The translations under genes and the position numbers were made by a program. 64,000 nt of DNA from Neodothiora populina (Eukaryota). The stretch is taken from NCBI RefSeq assembly GCF_041146345.1, contig NW_027191408.1, positions 682,001-746,000 on the forward strand, given 5' to 3'. Below the pieces are notes generated by a model. It saw only the letters and a program-made list of their open reading frames with translations, was not told the origin of the DNA and did no database searches. Shown here one piece after another: positions 13,315 through 26,806 of the stretch (position 1 is its first letter; each line of letters begins with the position of its first letter).

Positions 13315-13318
13315 CGAC
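13283..13318. repeat. (GAC)n microsatellite
   Basis: Near-perfect GAC run just downstream of the stop at 13240. Confidence 0.9.
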
Positions 13319-13881
13319 TGGGGTTTACGGATATGTAAATGGGAAGGCAAAACGGGTTCCACTAAACGAGTAATGGGGGTTTCAACACATGGGTTTCAAG
13401 AAGCCCAGGAAGAGATGGGAGTATACACGGCGTTTTCTTGGTATATCAGGGTTTCCAAAACGGACCAAGGAAATTGGAAAGGAGCTGAAAACAAACCGAA
13501 AATGGAATATGGGCACATCGGCCTGGACGTAATAAGCGAGATTTCAGGAGGAAATACGAAGATATATGCAAATAGATGACATTCCCTCTGCGCGAATTGG
13601 CAGAGAAGGAACATGAATGATCAAGGTTGCGGCAACCATGCAAATACAATAGACAAAAGTACTGAACTGGCGAGAGTCGTAAGGGCAGAGTCTAGTGGCT
13701 CGTCATGTTGGTTTTTTGATCTGAAGACTTTCGGGCGAGTTGCGAATAGGAAAATGTAGATGGTACAATTCTTCGTCGTCTGTTATCTATACATTTCGAG
13801 AAGTTTTCTCCCGAATCGTAAACGCCGTTTTCCTGCCTGACTGTGTGTACATGATGTTTGTGTAGTAGAAGACTCGCCAAT

Positions 13882-14687
13882 CTAAGGACCAGGAGTAGTC
13901 GACCGCATACGATCAGCGGAGACCTCGGTGCTGGGCGGAGTAGGCGCGAGGACCTTGCGAGGTCTCTTGAGGAACTCCTCGGTGATTCCATTGCCCAACT
14001 TGGTGATACCCATGACAGGTGGATCGCCCTTTTGCACAAACTCATAAAGCCCAGGCAACTTGTTTCCGGCCAACCTAAACGCATCCTTGACGACCTGCTC
14101 GTGCAAATCACCCTTGAGCTCGAAAATAATCTTGCTGACGGCAACCCTACTAGCCCAGTAATCAAAAGACCCCTTTCCCTTTCCCATACGCGACTCATTA
14201 CCACTGGTGAACACGCCGATATTGGCACTGATGCGCGTGTAAAGCCTGTACTTCATGCCACGCAGGCGCTTGCGGATCGTGTCCTCGCCGTTCTTCAGCT
14301 GCGCGGCAGAGATGCGGCGGTCGTGGTCCAGCAGTCGGATCCCGTAGTCGCCCCAGACCAGCGTCGTGCCGCGCGTGCTGCCTCCTGTCGGCACGCGCGG
14401 GCGGCCTTTGCGGTCTTTCTTGTTCGAGCCCGCGCGTGGGAGCAGCCAGTTCTGCGGCCGAGGGGTGCTGCTGAATGTGCGGTTCTGGGCGGGCAGGAGG
14501 GAGAAGATGCTGGATCGGGGGGTTGGTGATGGTAGCGGCGTCGCTGCGAAGAGCGTGGCTTGTCGGACTGTGGCTGTGTGTTAGTGGTCTGGTGGTGGTG
14601 CGAGCATGGCTGCAGTGCATGCTGCTGCTGGGTTCACGTACAGCATGTGCGCGGCGTGGTGAAGAGAGTCTTTGTGGGAGCGGCCAT
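13882..14687 (-). CDS. MRPL16: Mitochondrial ribosomal protein uL16m
   Basis: KGRPRVPTGGS..WGDYGIR..RMGKGKGSFDYWA L16 signature. Presequence-like N-terminus from ATG 14687 with one intron (GTACGT..CTAAC..CAG, ~14641-14574). Confidence 0.93.
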
Positions 14688-15017
14688 GCTCGCTCGTATC
14701 CTCGTCGGCGGCATGATGTGTGGTGTGTGTGCTTTGTATGTGGGTTGTGGTGGAGGCAATGGCCGCTGGAGGCAATGGCCGGGGGATTGATGGAGTGGAT
14801 CAATCCCACCAAAAGTCCGGTATACGATTATAACGAGTAGTTTCAATTCGCTGCTCTTTCCTCCGTCTCGAGTCATGTGATGGATCTGATGTAGAGAGGC
14901 TGACTCAGCGACCACTCCGAGACTCCGCGAAGAGTCACCTTACAGCACATGGATGCCAAGAGATTACAGTGAGGTCATCACGCTAACAGCGCGGAGGGCG
15001 CGACTACCACTTTAGGC

Positions 15018-15023
15018 ACGCGT
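15018..15023. promoter_or_regulatory. Candidate MCB (ACGCGT) cell-cycle box in the divergent MRPL16/RFC1 promoter
   Basis: Exact MluI hexamer ~210 nt upstream of the RFC1 ATG. Replication genes are typical MBF targets, but this is a single short site. Confidence 0.4.
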
Positions 15024-15234
15024 CGTCGGTCGTCGTTGCTGTATGGAGGAGGTCGAGTGTTGCGACATTGTCAATTTATCATATTCGCATATTCCTCCAT
15101 CGTTGCACACCTCCCTTACTGACCTCTGGAAGGGGTTATGCGTGTACAGCTACGGGGTTTTTGTCAAATACAAAGTAAAGCAGTTTTCTTGTCCATTGCT
15201 CCATAAGTGAACAATCTGGCATCTGTCTTTCGCC

Positions 15235-18200
15235 ATGCCACCTGATATTCGCTCGTTTTTTGGTGGGAAGCCACCTTCTTCAGCAAGCCAAGAGAAGAAG
15301 GAAGACGTCAGTCTCCGTGTCCACTGTCTATCATATAACATGTCTGACGATCACGTGATAGAAGCCCGCACCCAAGAAGACCAGAGGCAGAAAAGTTGTG
15401 CAAGACAGCGACGACGAGGAAGAGTAATTGGCCACACTTTGCTTGATCATTTATCAGAACACATTCTGACCAGCGCAATCAGACAAGCACCCAAGCAGCC
15501 TACTCCCAGGGCACAAGCGTAAGGATCTTTCCAGCTTGTCCTCGGTGAAACTACATGCTAATCCCCGTCACAGAAACAAGAGAGCAAAGTCCCCAGAAGG
15601 TGTAGAAACCACCTCGTCAGAATACTTCGGATCAAAAAGCAAACCGAAGAGGTCGGGACCGAACCGCACCAGAGCTGCGACGAAACCAGAACCAGAGACT
15701 ACCCCGAAGAAGCCCAATGCCAGGGCCTCCAAAACTACTGCCGCCGCGAAGAAAGAAACCCCCACCCGTGCTTCTACGCGGAAGAAGGCGACTACCGACT
15801 ACAATGATGATTTGAACGAAGATGACTTCCCTGATGATGACCTGGATGATGTAGATGATGCTCTTACTGCCGAACACAAAAAGCCAGCGAGAGACCAAGT
15901 CGATGGGACGGCGGAGCAGAAAGATGAGGATGACGAGCCTGTCGTTCGCCGCACACCTGCCCGAGGTGCAAAGCAAAAGAAGCTCAAGGGAGATGCCGAC
16001 GAGCCTGAAGACGATGTCGACATGAAGGACACGAACCCGGATGACGACTTTGTCGTGCCCGATGATGATGAGATGGTGGTCGAGGATAAGCCTGCTGTCA
16101 AGACCCAGGCAAAGGCAGGAGCGAAGAGGAAGGCCAAGGTCGTAGAAGAGGACGATGACGAAGAACTAGAGGAGGAGCCCAAGAAGAAAACAAGGAAGCC
16201 TGCAGCAAAGAAGACGAAACAAGAGCCTGCAGAGGACAGTGCTGAGGTCAAGGCTATTCTCGACGACATCCCACTCGTCAGAGCACCAACCCCTCCACCA
16301 AAAGACAGCGAGGCCAGGAAGTTCAAGTTTGGCGCTCAGCCCAATACTGCCCCTCCCCCTGAGGCCGGTACCATTGAGATTCCCGAAGGCGCTGAGAACT
16401 GTCTGGCCGGTCTCGCCTTTGTTTTCACCGGTATCTTGCGCTACCTCGGAAGAGAAGAGGGTCAGAACCTTGTCAAGCGTTACGGTGGCAAGGTGATGAC
16501 GGCGCCGAGTAAGAACACCAGCTATGTTGTGCTTGGTGACGACGCCGGTCCGAAGAAGCTCGAAGTTATCCGCAAAAACAACATCAAGACCATCAATGAA
16601 GAGGGTCTCTTCAAGCTCATCAAGACACTCCCGCCCAACGGAGGCGATGGCAAAGCTGCTGCGAAATGGGCCGAGCAAAAGGCGAAGGAGGAACAGAACA
16701 TCCGCGACATGGCTGCCGAGATGGACAAGACGGATCGCGCAGCTGCCAAGGCTGGCAAAAGCAGTCAAGGACCCGCCGCATCTACTGCCAAGGGCGATGG
16801 CCCCGACAACAGGCTCTGGACGGTCAAATACGCACCTTCTAGCATGGCTCAGATCTGTGGCAACAAGGGCCAGGTCGAAAAGCTGCAGAGTTGGTTGAAG
16901 AACTTTCCCAGAAATCAAAGAACTGGCTTCAAGTTGCCCGGCAAGGATGGCAGCGGTTCCTACAGAGCTGTTATGATACATGGCCCTCCAGGTATCGGTA
17001 AAACTACAGCTGCGCACCTGGCTGCCAAGCTCGAAGGTTTCGACATAGTCGAGAGCAATGCGAGTGACACACGCAGCAAAAAGCTAGTCGAGAGCGGTCT
17101 GAAGGGCGTCCTCAGCACCACCTCTCTTCTGGGCTACTTTTCAGGTGACGGCAAAGAGGTGGATGCTAAGAAACGAAAATTAGTCCTGATCATGGACGAA
17201 GTCGACGGTATGTCTGCAGGCGATCGAGGCGGAGTCGGTGCTCTCGCCGCCGTCTGCAAAAAGACCCAGATACCGATGATTCTCATCTGCAACGATCGCA
17301 AGCTACCCAAGATGAAGCCTTTTGACTTTGTCACCTATGATCTTCCCTTCCGCCGACCCACGGCTGAAAACATCAGAAGCAGAATTAGTACAATTGCTTT
17401 CCGCGAAGGGTTGAAGATCCCGCCTAACGTCATCAACGCCCTTATTGAAGGCAGTGGCGCAGATATTCGACAAGTCATCAACATGGTCTCCACGGCGAAA
17501 CTTGATCAGACTGCCATGGACTATGACCAAGGCAAGTCGATGTCCAAGGCATGGGAGAAACACACCATCTTGAAGCCTTGGGATATCACTGGTAAGATCC
17601 TCGGTGGTGGCATGTTCGCCTCGTCGAGCAAAGCGACATTGAATGACAAAATCGAACTTTATTTCAACGATCACGAGTTCAGCTATCTCATGCTTCAGGA
17701 GAATTATCTGGGCACAAACCCAACCCTCTCGAGCAGCGCAACCAACCAGCGTGAGAAGAACCTGAAGCAGTTGGATCTTGCTTGCAAGGCTGCGGAAAGC
17801 ATATCCGACGGCGATCTTGTGGACCGTATGATACATGGCTCACAACAGCAATGGTCTCTGATGCCGGCTCACGCAGTTTTTTCTTTTGTGAGACCAGCTT
17901 CTTACGTTGCAGGCTCGATGGCAGGCAATCAAACCCGCTTTACAGCTTGGCTCGGAAAGAACAGTAGCCAGGGCAAGCTCAGTCGTATGATCAAGGAGAT
18001 CCAAGGACACATGCGTCTACGTACCAGCGGCGACAGGCACGAGATACGCCAGCAGTATGTTCCCATTCTATGGACAAACCTTGTGAAAAAGCTTCAAGAG
18101 GAGGGCAAGGAAGCCGTTCCTGAGATCATCGATCTTATGGACAGCTATTTCCTCACAAAAGATGACTTCGACGCAATCTTGGAACTCGGCGTTGGGACGA

Positions 18201-18658
18201 TGGATCAGGAGAATGTCAAGATTGAGTCGCAGGCCAAAGCTACATTCACACGATTGTAAGTGGTCAAATTTCCGAGACACCAAGGCTGTCCAACTAATCA
18301 TGATCACAGATATAACCAACAGTCTCATCCTCTGCCATTCATGAAGGCATCCAGTGTCCAGGCGCCCAAGAAAGCTGCGCGGGAGAAGCCTGATCTTGAA
18401 GAAGCCCTCGATGACGATGACGAAGCCGAAGTCGCCGATCCCAAGGAGGACGGTAAAGAGAAAGAGGAAGAGGACATGGATATTAGCAAAGACAAGTACG
18501 TTGCGAAACCCAAGAAGAAGAAGGCTGCCGCAGCTCCCAAAGGTAAAGGTAAGGGGAAGAAGGCGGCGGCGGTGAAAGACGAGGAAGAGAGTGAGGAAGA
18601 GGCGAAGCCGAAAAAGGGCAAAGCAAAGGCTGCGCCAAAGTCCAAGGCCAAGAAGTGA
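15235..18658 (+). CDS. RFC1: Replication factor C large subunit; 5 exons
   Basis: MPPDIRSFF PIP-like start, BRCT domain (GLAFVFTG..VKRYGGKV), Walker A GPPGIGKT, DEVDG. Introns 15307-15361, 15424-15482, 15519-15573, 18256-18309. Confidence 0.96.
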
Positions 18659-21600
18659 TGGTAGGAACAGATGAAGCAGAGTTAAACATGAACCGTATAA
18701 TAGGTCATCATAATCCAGACAAGAAGTAAACGGGAAATGAACAAGATTTCAACATGAAATGTCTAAGAAGTAAATGACAAGAAACTGTCGCCAAACCCCA
18801 AACAAGCACTACAGAAGCGGTAAAGCAGTAGTCGTAGTGTAGTCAAGTGAGGTATTGAAGTAGTGAAGAAGGAGAAGTGAGATCAAAGCACATCAAACCG
18901 TACAAAAGCTGTGCTCTACCAAGCGAATCGAAGTGTTAGTCTAGGGGAACCCTGTCCGCGTCTGGAGCGAGACTATTCGAATATCTGTCGATGCTAGGCG
19001 TACGAAACGGCTGCTTCAGAGACTGAGGTAAGGTCCTGTGCTGTCGGTTGTCAAACTTCGCAATCCGTATCAAATCCAACAGCACATATCCCAGTAGTGG
19101 GCTCTACACACATGCCTTACTGGTGATATACTTGTACTATAGTATCGATGATGCGTAATCAAGATGCACACGAAATATACCTACGAGCCGTCAGCGCGGT
19201 CTGCAGATAAGTGTGCATGCAGTAAAGTAAGTACTGTACTTGCGGATTCGACGGAGGGGATATCTGCACTCTGCACATGTCCCTCTGCACCCTACTGTAC
19301 ATTGCTTTGCCTTACCTAAGCTCAAGATGATTACCCATTTTCCTCCCGCAGGACTACTGACTGCCGTCACACAGCGTAACGCGACCGTGGTCCCATGCAT
19401 CTAATCTACTTACCATCAGTCAATCTGGTTGCGGAACGAAAAGAAGAAAGTGCAGGCGAGGTCAGGTACTGAATTCCCTGGCTGGCTGCATTGATGCGTT
19501 CGTCGCTGACTCGCTGACTCGCTGCATGTCTGTTCATGCAAAGCTGTGACGTGTACCTGATCATACTTTCTATCTCGCAGTATAGCCCATCGCGAGAGCA
19601 CTGCGTCATGAAGACGACGACGACAATGATCGGTCACCGCTTGTCGTAGCTATCTCTCTTGCTGATGCGGGGTGAGAGCATGTGCGGGGGACATGTTGAT
19701 CACTTCTCTTACATACGTACATACATAGACAGGACTTATAGAGCTTGACGGAGGTGGAGGAGGACTTTCTTCTTGCTTGCTTGCTGCTTCTGTACTGTAT
19801 GTGCCAGTCATAGACGACGACGAGACGAATGCTGGGAAGGAGGGGCAAGAAGGAGAGGGAGATGCTGGGCTTAGCTCAGCTCATGCTTGCACGTCGCATG
19901 CATGCATGCGAGTTGTAGTATGTAGTTGTGTACGCTCTACCACGCATGATTGGAGGTAAGAAGATGAATTCCGGGTGTATGTGTATGTTTCAGAAATGTA
20001 GTATGGATCGGCAAAGTAGATAAGAGAAGGTGAGTATTGGATGGATATAAATAAAGTGTGGTTGAGATGGTGTATAGTATGATACAACACATACCGAGTA
20101 GGATAGATCGACCACGAGAGATGAAACATACAGAAGGACAAGACTCTCAGACAAGGCGCGAGCGACGATCTCTGGATCTGCTACTACTTACCGGTACTGG
20201 AAGACGCGTCTGATCAACAGATACGACATCCACGGAGCCCGGAAGCAATGTCCGATTCTGTGCTACTCCTGTCCACCAGGAGAAAACACAAGCACTGCGC
20301 GTATGCGCTACCACCCATGCTTCGACTTACAGAGTTCAGTATGCCTCCAATCATAAAACAACCCCATCATGTACGCATCACCCCAGATTACTGTATATGC
20401 ACCCACGGCGATCTGACCGAGCATACAAGAAAGAATATGCGAGGGGTGATCGCAGAGATACAGCGCTAGTAGAGAGTACAGAAGCCGACTGCTGTATCCT
20501 CGCCCTCCCCCCCACTACCCCGGCTGGAGCAGTCTTTACTAGAGAACCCTGTACTTTGTATATGCTGCTTAAGGTAAGGTAGGGAAAACCTTAGCCCGTG
20601 CAAGACAAGGCTGGACCCGCGTGATCATCTTTCTACATGGCGTGCCTGATCTCCTAAAGCAATGTCGACTACTTCTGGCGAATCCTCCATGGTCTAGTGA
20701 AGGAGGAGCCTTTGCCTCGAGGAATACCTTGCCCGGTCATGTGGCTTAATAGACAGGAGCTGTGCTCCGGTCTGACATGGCTGGAGTCCAGCCTTTTCGA
20801 GCTTGGCAGGAGCCCGGTACGTGGTTGGTGTGGTGGTTGGTGTATTATTATCATCAAGGGTACTAGCGTGGTATCTTGTCTTTGATGTAGGAGAAGTAAG
20901 CTGCGCGAGATACTTCAAACAGCCGTGGATGCAGTTCGGCTATCTGCAATAGTACACCTTTTCCTACATTATGTGAGGAAAGGATATCTGCGCTGAGGAG
21001 AGCACCAATTGCTGCTGTAAGGTAGGGTTGGGGTTAGGGTTGAATGATCCTGCAGTGTAAGGTTGTCCTGAGTCAAGCAGGATCTGACTTTACGATATGC
21101 TTCAAAAAGTATACCGTATAATCCCGACGAGGAGAAGAAGAAGTGCTGTCTGAGTATGAGACGACGGCTCAGACAATAAGATTTCGGAGATGAGGTCACT
21201 ACCTATTCTTAATCTTACTGCATGATTACAGACAATAAACTTGCCGCAGACGTCTACGGAGGGGCTCGTTTTTGGTCAACGACTCTAGGACTCATGTTGA
21301 ATTTCTCTTCGATGAATGGTCAATAACGATCCGAAGAATAGTCACTGACTTCTTAGTGAACCGCTAATGAGTACCCAATAAGTGGTCAAGGATCAAAACG
21401 ATCTCCTATGTATTCATCAAGATAAGTACGCTTACCTTTCTACACATGGATTTTCCTCTATCCGGGAAAGCCTCAAGCCACCTTGCGCCTTTGTCCATCT
21501 TGACATTGCGCAACGCGGCATGCTGCCGTGAAACGTGACTGCAGCTATCCGGCGACATGGTGCCACATGAGCCCATGCTAATGTCAGGTTGGCTTGATGT

Positions 21601-23574
21601 GCATGAGTGCGCTGGTTCGGTGCGATATCCCGCGGAGAGTTCCATCACAGTTGAGATTGGAGGGCAGATCTAACGATTGTCCGATGTCCGTAACTCGGTT
21701 TCAGGATTCGCTCTCGTTGGGACCTACTGTACTTGTACATACGTCCTACTCTTGGTGTCTGTGCAACAGTGGTCCTGCGGTACGACATTGCCGCACCCGT
21801 CTGCGATACCATGCGAGCCATGCTACAGTATACCACGCAATGCCGTGCTATCATTGACGGCGCCTTCCAGCATTGTACTTGGTACCTGTCTCATTCCAGC
21901 ATGGTCAAAGCGACGAAAAGACGTGGACTATATCAACAAAGTAAGATTGGTGAAGATCACGACCTAATTGATGGACGATGAAATTCGAAATCGATCATCG
22001 CTTCGAACTGACGAAAGTGCTTGTATGATACAGGGTTCGTCTACGCGACGGATGAAGCGGACGGTACTTGTCAAGTGAACCCTGTGGGAGGTTGACTTTT
22101 CTCGGGGTTCAAATTGGTACCGTAGATGTCTACAGGTATATCGATCCGGAGTGCACCCTTGACAATCCTTAACGCAAATGACGCGGAGTTCTGCTGTACT
22201 CTTTTGCTGTACCTCCGCTAAACCTTGCAATACTTGAAATCCTCCGTCGTAGTCCTTATGGTCATTGATCAGAACCCTCGGATATACAGTACAAGTATAA
22301 GCGCCGTCATTCACACCCGGCTCTCCGCACTACAGTGCATACAGTACGATAACACGAAACGCAGAATTTGATGCGAGATTTCGACATTTGCACACCTTCT
22401 GCAAATCGTCATATACCGTCAATTACCATTACAAAGAGACTGGTACAACACAGTTTAGCAAAGGTACATTGCTACTTCTGTTCGTAGTGGGGTCGAGAAA
22501 AGCTCAGGAAAAGACGATGGCGTATCAAGTGAACCCTCAAATCTACGATGCTACCTTGGCCTACGCGTCTCCGAAAGACCAAAATAGTTTCACCGACAGG
22601 CCCGCCTTTTTCTTCTGACTGTCTCATAGTTTGAATACAGGGTTTCTTTGTGTGGTCTATTTCATGCCATGTATAGTTGTTGCTGAGAGATGATTATTAG
22701 AGCAAGGAAAAAACGGATGCGAAGGGCGCGGGTTCTAGACACGGTGTATTCCTTGGGACGAGACGATAACCCGTCTGGCCCCCAGGTCTATACGCAAGGC
22801 AAAGCGGTACGAACAGAAGCATGGCGGTTTGGCGTATCTTGGCAATTGTGACAGGCGTACGGGAAGAGGCCATTAATAGCAACGGCAATAACCGGTCGAA
22901 GCGGGTTTCCATTCTTCCCCCTCTATGCTTCTGTGATCTGCCTTTCGGCGGGCCAATGAGCTAACGATCGCGACAGCCCTCCTCGTATGTGGCTAAGTAA
23001 TTATAGACGAGGGTCAGTCATTGCACCTCGGTCCTTCGCTCAGGAAAGCAATTCAACTATGCCGTACAGGGATATGGAAGTCCCAACCTCAAAGCGCTGC
23101 TGTGATCTCCCTCTTCCCTGTGCATGTGGCGCCTATGCGTCTCATAGCGTTTCTAACATAAGGGCCCATTTTCGTTGCTCTCATAATGTCCAGAGAGGTA
23201 GCGGTTTAGTCGGCGACGACGCGCTCCACATGACACTTTTTTGTCACAGGCCCGTCCGTCCTTTGCCACTGATTTGCTAAGGACCACTTGGTCTGAGTAC
23301 GCAATAGAGCGTCGTCTCTCTTAAGTCTCTCCAACTTATTTCCTCGCTTATACGTGACTGCGCCGCAAGATATTCGTCGACTATCACTTGTCCGCCTGAC
23401 ACTACCAGAGGATCGCTCTCTTTGCCATCTCGTTTTACATCCACTTACTCCACGCCTTGGAATGGTGGCGAAGAAAGAATAGCAACAGAAGCCGTGACTC
23501 GCGTCCACAGTGGCTAGACACGATCCCAAACTACCCCAAGCTTTGTCTCTGCTTGTTAAGAAGCCAGCATAATA

Positions 23575-24615
23575 ATGCTAGCCCTCATGCCTCCATCACC
23601 GCCCATCACTGACTTTCACGCGACGACTCCTCCCATGACCATGTCACTTGCTGTCCTACCCCCCACTCGACTTGCTCAGTCACCGTCAGCTGCTACACTG
23701 TCTTTCCCCTCGTCGACGGTCTCCTCAGCTTCACAACAGTTATCCTCGTCTTCGAAACGACCGAAACTTAAATTAAATACCACTTCCTTGCCTACCTCTG
23801 TGGGAAAGAGCAACACTGGACTTCGAATTGAGACTGCGTCGCTGGCTTCTCCCACTGCAAAGAACACCTTTCAGAATGCATTTGGCTCGCTAAGCGCCCA
23901 ATTACATACTACTACCCCAATCAGTCGATGTCACGCACCTACGCCTTTACGCACTTGCTCCTCGGACAGCTTCAACTCCTCGGCCTCGAGCAACTCGTCA
24001 ACTAGCGTTGAGTCTTCTGCTAGCTCAGCATCCTCTACAGATTCGATTTCTCCCCCGGTCCCTTATAGACTACCATACAACAACAAATCCATCCTTACGA
24101 ACGGACCTTTGCCCAGGATCAGAACGAGAAAGTCAATGACAGGTTCGAGACCTATGTTTCCCTCGCCAAAGAAGGTCTCATTTCGTACTCAATTGACTGA
24201 AGACATTCATACCGTCAAGTACACCATGGCTCACATCGATACTGATTCATCTTCGTCATCTATCTCGTCGTTGAACCTTCCTCCACCTTCTCTGGTGCTT
24301 CGAGGGCAGTCCAAGGCTCTAGAGACGAGCCAAGATCAAGACCAGCCTCAGGAAGCCAAGTCACCGTCAGAGACAGAAACCAAGGCGGAGGTTGAACCGA
24401 GTTCAAAACAAGAACCACAGGTGGGGGACAAGAGGGAGTCATCAGATGAGGAAGACAGTGACACATGTCCGTCAACGCCCGTCACTCGACGGAACAAGAG
24501 ACGGCGCGAGTGGGTATGGACTTTGGGCCCTCTCAAATCCGAAGAAGTGGCGAGTCCAACCATCGTGCAAGAGCATGAGTCATACGGAGAGCAGTTGAAA
24601 GACAAGTCTTCATAG
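23575..24615 (+). CDS. Hypothetical Ser/Pro-rich protein (346 aa)
   Basis: Long single-exon ORF with short linear-motif-like segments KRPKLKLNT, KKVSF and REWVWTLGP. Confidence 0.75.
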   Translation: MLALMPPSPPITDFHATTPPMTMSLAVLPPTRLAQSPSAATLSFPSSTVSSASQQLSSSSKRPKLKLNTTSLPTSVGKSNTGLRIETASLASPTAKNTFQNAFGSLSAQLHTTTPISRCHAPTPLRTCSSDSFNSSASSNSSTSVESSASSASSTDSISPPVPYRLPYNNKSILTNGPLPRIRTRKSMTGSRPMFPSPKKVSFRTQLTEDIHTVKYTMAHIDTDSSSSSISSLNLPPPSLVLRGQSKALETSQDQDQPQEAKSPSETETKAEVEPSSKQEPQVGDKRESSDEEDSDTCPSTPVTRRNKRRREWVWTLGPLKSEEVASPTIVQEHESYGEQLKDKSS

Positions 24616-26806
24616 CGACTCTTTCTTTCTCTGGCGAAGAATGAAGGGATACGAGTATGACTTTTATGATTTTTTATAGATTACTAGGATATATTTACGA
24701 TGTCGAGTGTTTTTTACGACATGGGTGGAGAAAGGGAAAATAGTGGAGGGAGAATTGAGTAAGCATTCGGGACATTGTTTGCACTGGACAAAACATTTGT
24801 CTCGATCTACATTGTTTCTGGCGTTGTTGATGCATAACTAACATTCGACACTGATACCCATTTTGTCTGTTATTTTTTCCTCCTTTTTTTCATGTATCGC
24901 ACAAGACACCTACTTGTTGCAAATTTCTAGGTCAAACAATACCATTATTTATTACTGAATGACATTCCCTCGCACTTCGTATTCTTCACGGTTTGCTGTG
25001 ATCCTACAAGCCTTGCTTTGCATACTTCGCCACACCACACCTTACGAAGCTAGTCCACGACCTACCAAGGCTGCAATATGATGACCAATGAGTCATGGCA
25101 TACCACTAGTGTATGAGATCACGATGTTGTTTGTGGCCACAGTCATCATACAATTCAAGAAAAGCTCAATCGAATGAAACCGATACTCAAAAAAGAGCCC
25201 CATATCACTCGAAATCATTCACCGACTCGATCCCACGAAATCCACAATCACTTTTCGTATACAGTAGGTATAGTTAGAAGTCTTTCAGCTCGGACCATCG
25301 ACTTGTGTTCGTATCGCCCTACGGTTTTGGAATCCTTGCCCGAACATGAAATCCGTCAAGCATAGGAAAGCTTAAAGAGGACATATAAGCAGATTGCGAG
25401 CGTGACAACATCCGGTAGCGGTAGCTTTCCGTGGCAACGGTATCAGAAGGTCCGAAGAATCCTACCAGGGTATGCCTTTTGGTCACGAGGCCCAAGGCAG
25501 TCGGGTTCCTCTTTTGAAACTGCAAGAACCACGAGCGCCGAGGAGTTACAGACCCAGAAGCCCCGCTTACAGCGGAAGCAATGGCGACAGAGAAGAACGA
25601 GCTACTGTACATACTGTACCTATTTACCGTAGCATCCAAAGCATGCCCGCTAAATGTACTCTGCCCCACATACCGCAGCAAAGCGCTATATAGTACATGA
25701 CGACAGTAAAAGCACTCAATGGGTGAGACGTGTACTGTGCTGTACCACCTCATACGTACCTTACTGTGCTTACAGACAGCAACGCTACGCAGTGCAGGCA
25801 GCCGGCGGCTCTTGCGACGACTACCCCGAGACCACCGATGCACCGATGTTGATGTGCGAATCTCTAGTTAAATATAGTACCGCATAGATCAATCCGAATC
25901 ATGACCGAATATATATGGGCGTGGGCTGGACCTTTGGACAAGATGATCTACGGAACTCCGACTTTCCGCGCTCGGGCTTCTGTTGCTGTCAACGAGTATC
26001 TCCCCTTGCCTTTTGTTGTCTGTTGTTGTTTATTGACCATTCGGTCGAGTCTATTGGTGGAGATTGATGGCGTTTTGGTATGAGGGGGTTGGTGATGCGG
26101 TAATGTATTTAGATGATATCTTAATCATCTTGCCTCGTTTTGAATGTGTTGATGAGGGGTCAAGGCAAGGCGCACTCAATTGATACCTGAGATACCTCGA
26201 GTATGACAGTGACACCTCATCTTACGAAGTAAAGTGGATGCGCGGTGACTGTAATGCGAGTGCTTGTTGATTGCAAAGCGAATGCTCTGTGACATTGAAT
26301 AATAGGTCCCTGAGGAGATACTCTGTTACTGTGAAGTGAATGTCGTTCGCATACCAGGTAACAAAAGGAGTTTAGGTCGTACAGTACCTACACCTTATCT
26401 GTACATTTACTCTGACAATCGCTTGCGGTATGATGACGTCGGTTGTTCGCAACCGGATCTTCAACAACTCTGCTCAACGGCGCCTGAGCATATAGCCTTA
26501 CGTGAAAGGGTAACTTCAGCAGATACAGTATGTATCACAGCACAAACCTGAGTGGACCAGGTTCAATCTAGCTCAACGTGCACAGGTGTTTCTGTGTCGT
26601 CACCAAGTGTATCCACGATAGCGGTCTCCATGTTGTGAGACACTGCAAGCACCGCACCCCTTCACACAGTGCATACCATTAAGCACTGAGCACAAAGTAC
26701 ACGCAAATGGTCACTGTGCTTTCGCTGATCGACACCCCATGCAATATCGACATATCATTCTTCACGTGCAATCGATCCGTCGAATGACTCGACCTCTATT
26801 TCCACG

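Noticed and set aside
16166..17836. Antisense ORFs within RFC1 (similar ones lie in APP1, the LysM gene, SRV2 and RSC8)
   Set aside because: Shadow frames of real genes with no motifs.
22517..22618. 33-aa small ORF MAYQVNPQIYDATL...
   Set aside because: No signal peptide, CAAX or other support; within chance expectation.
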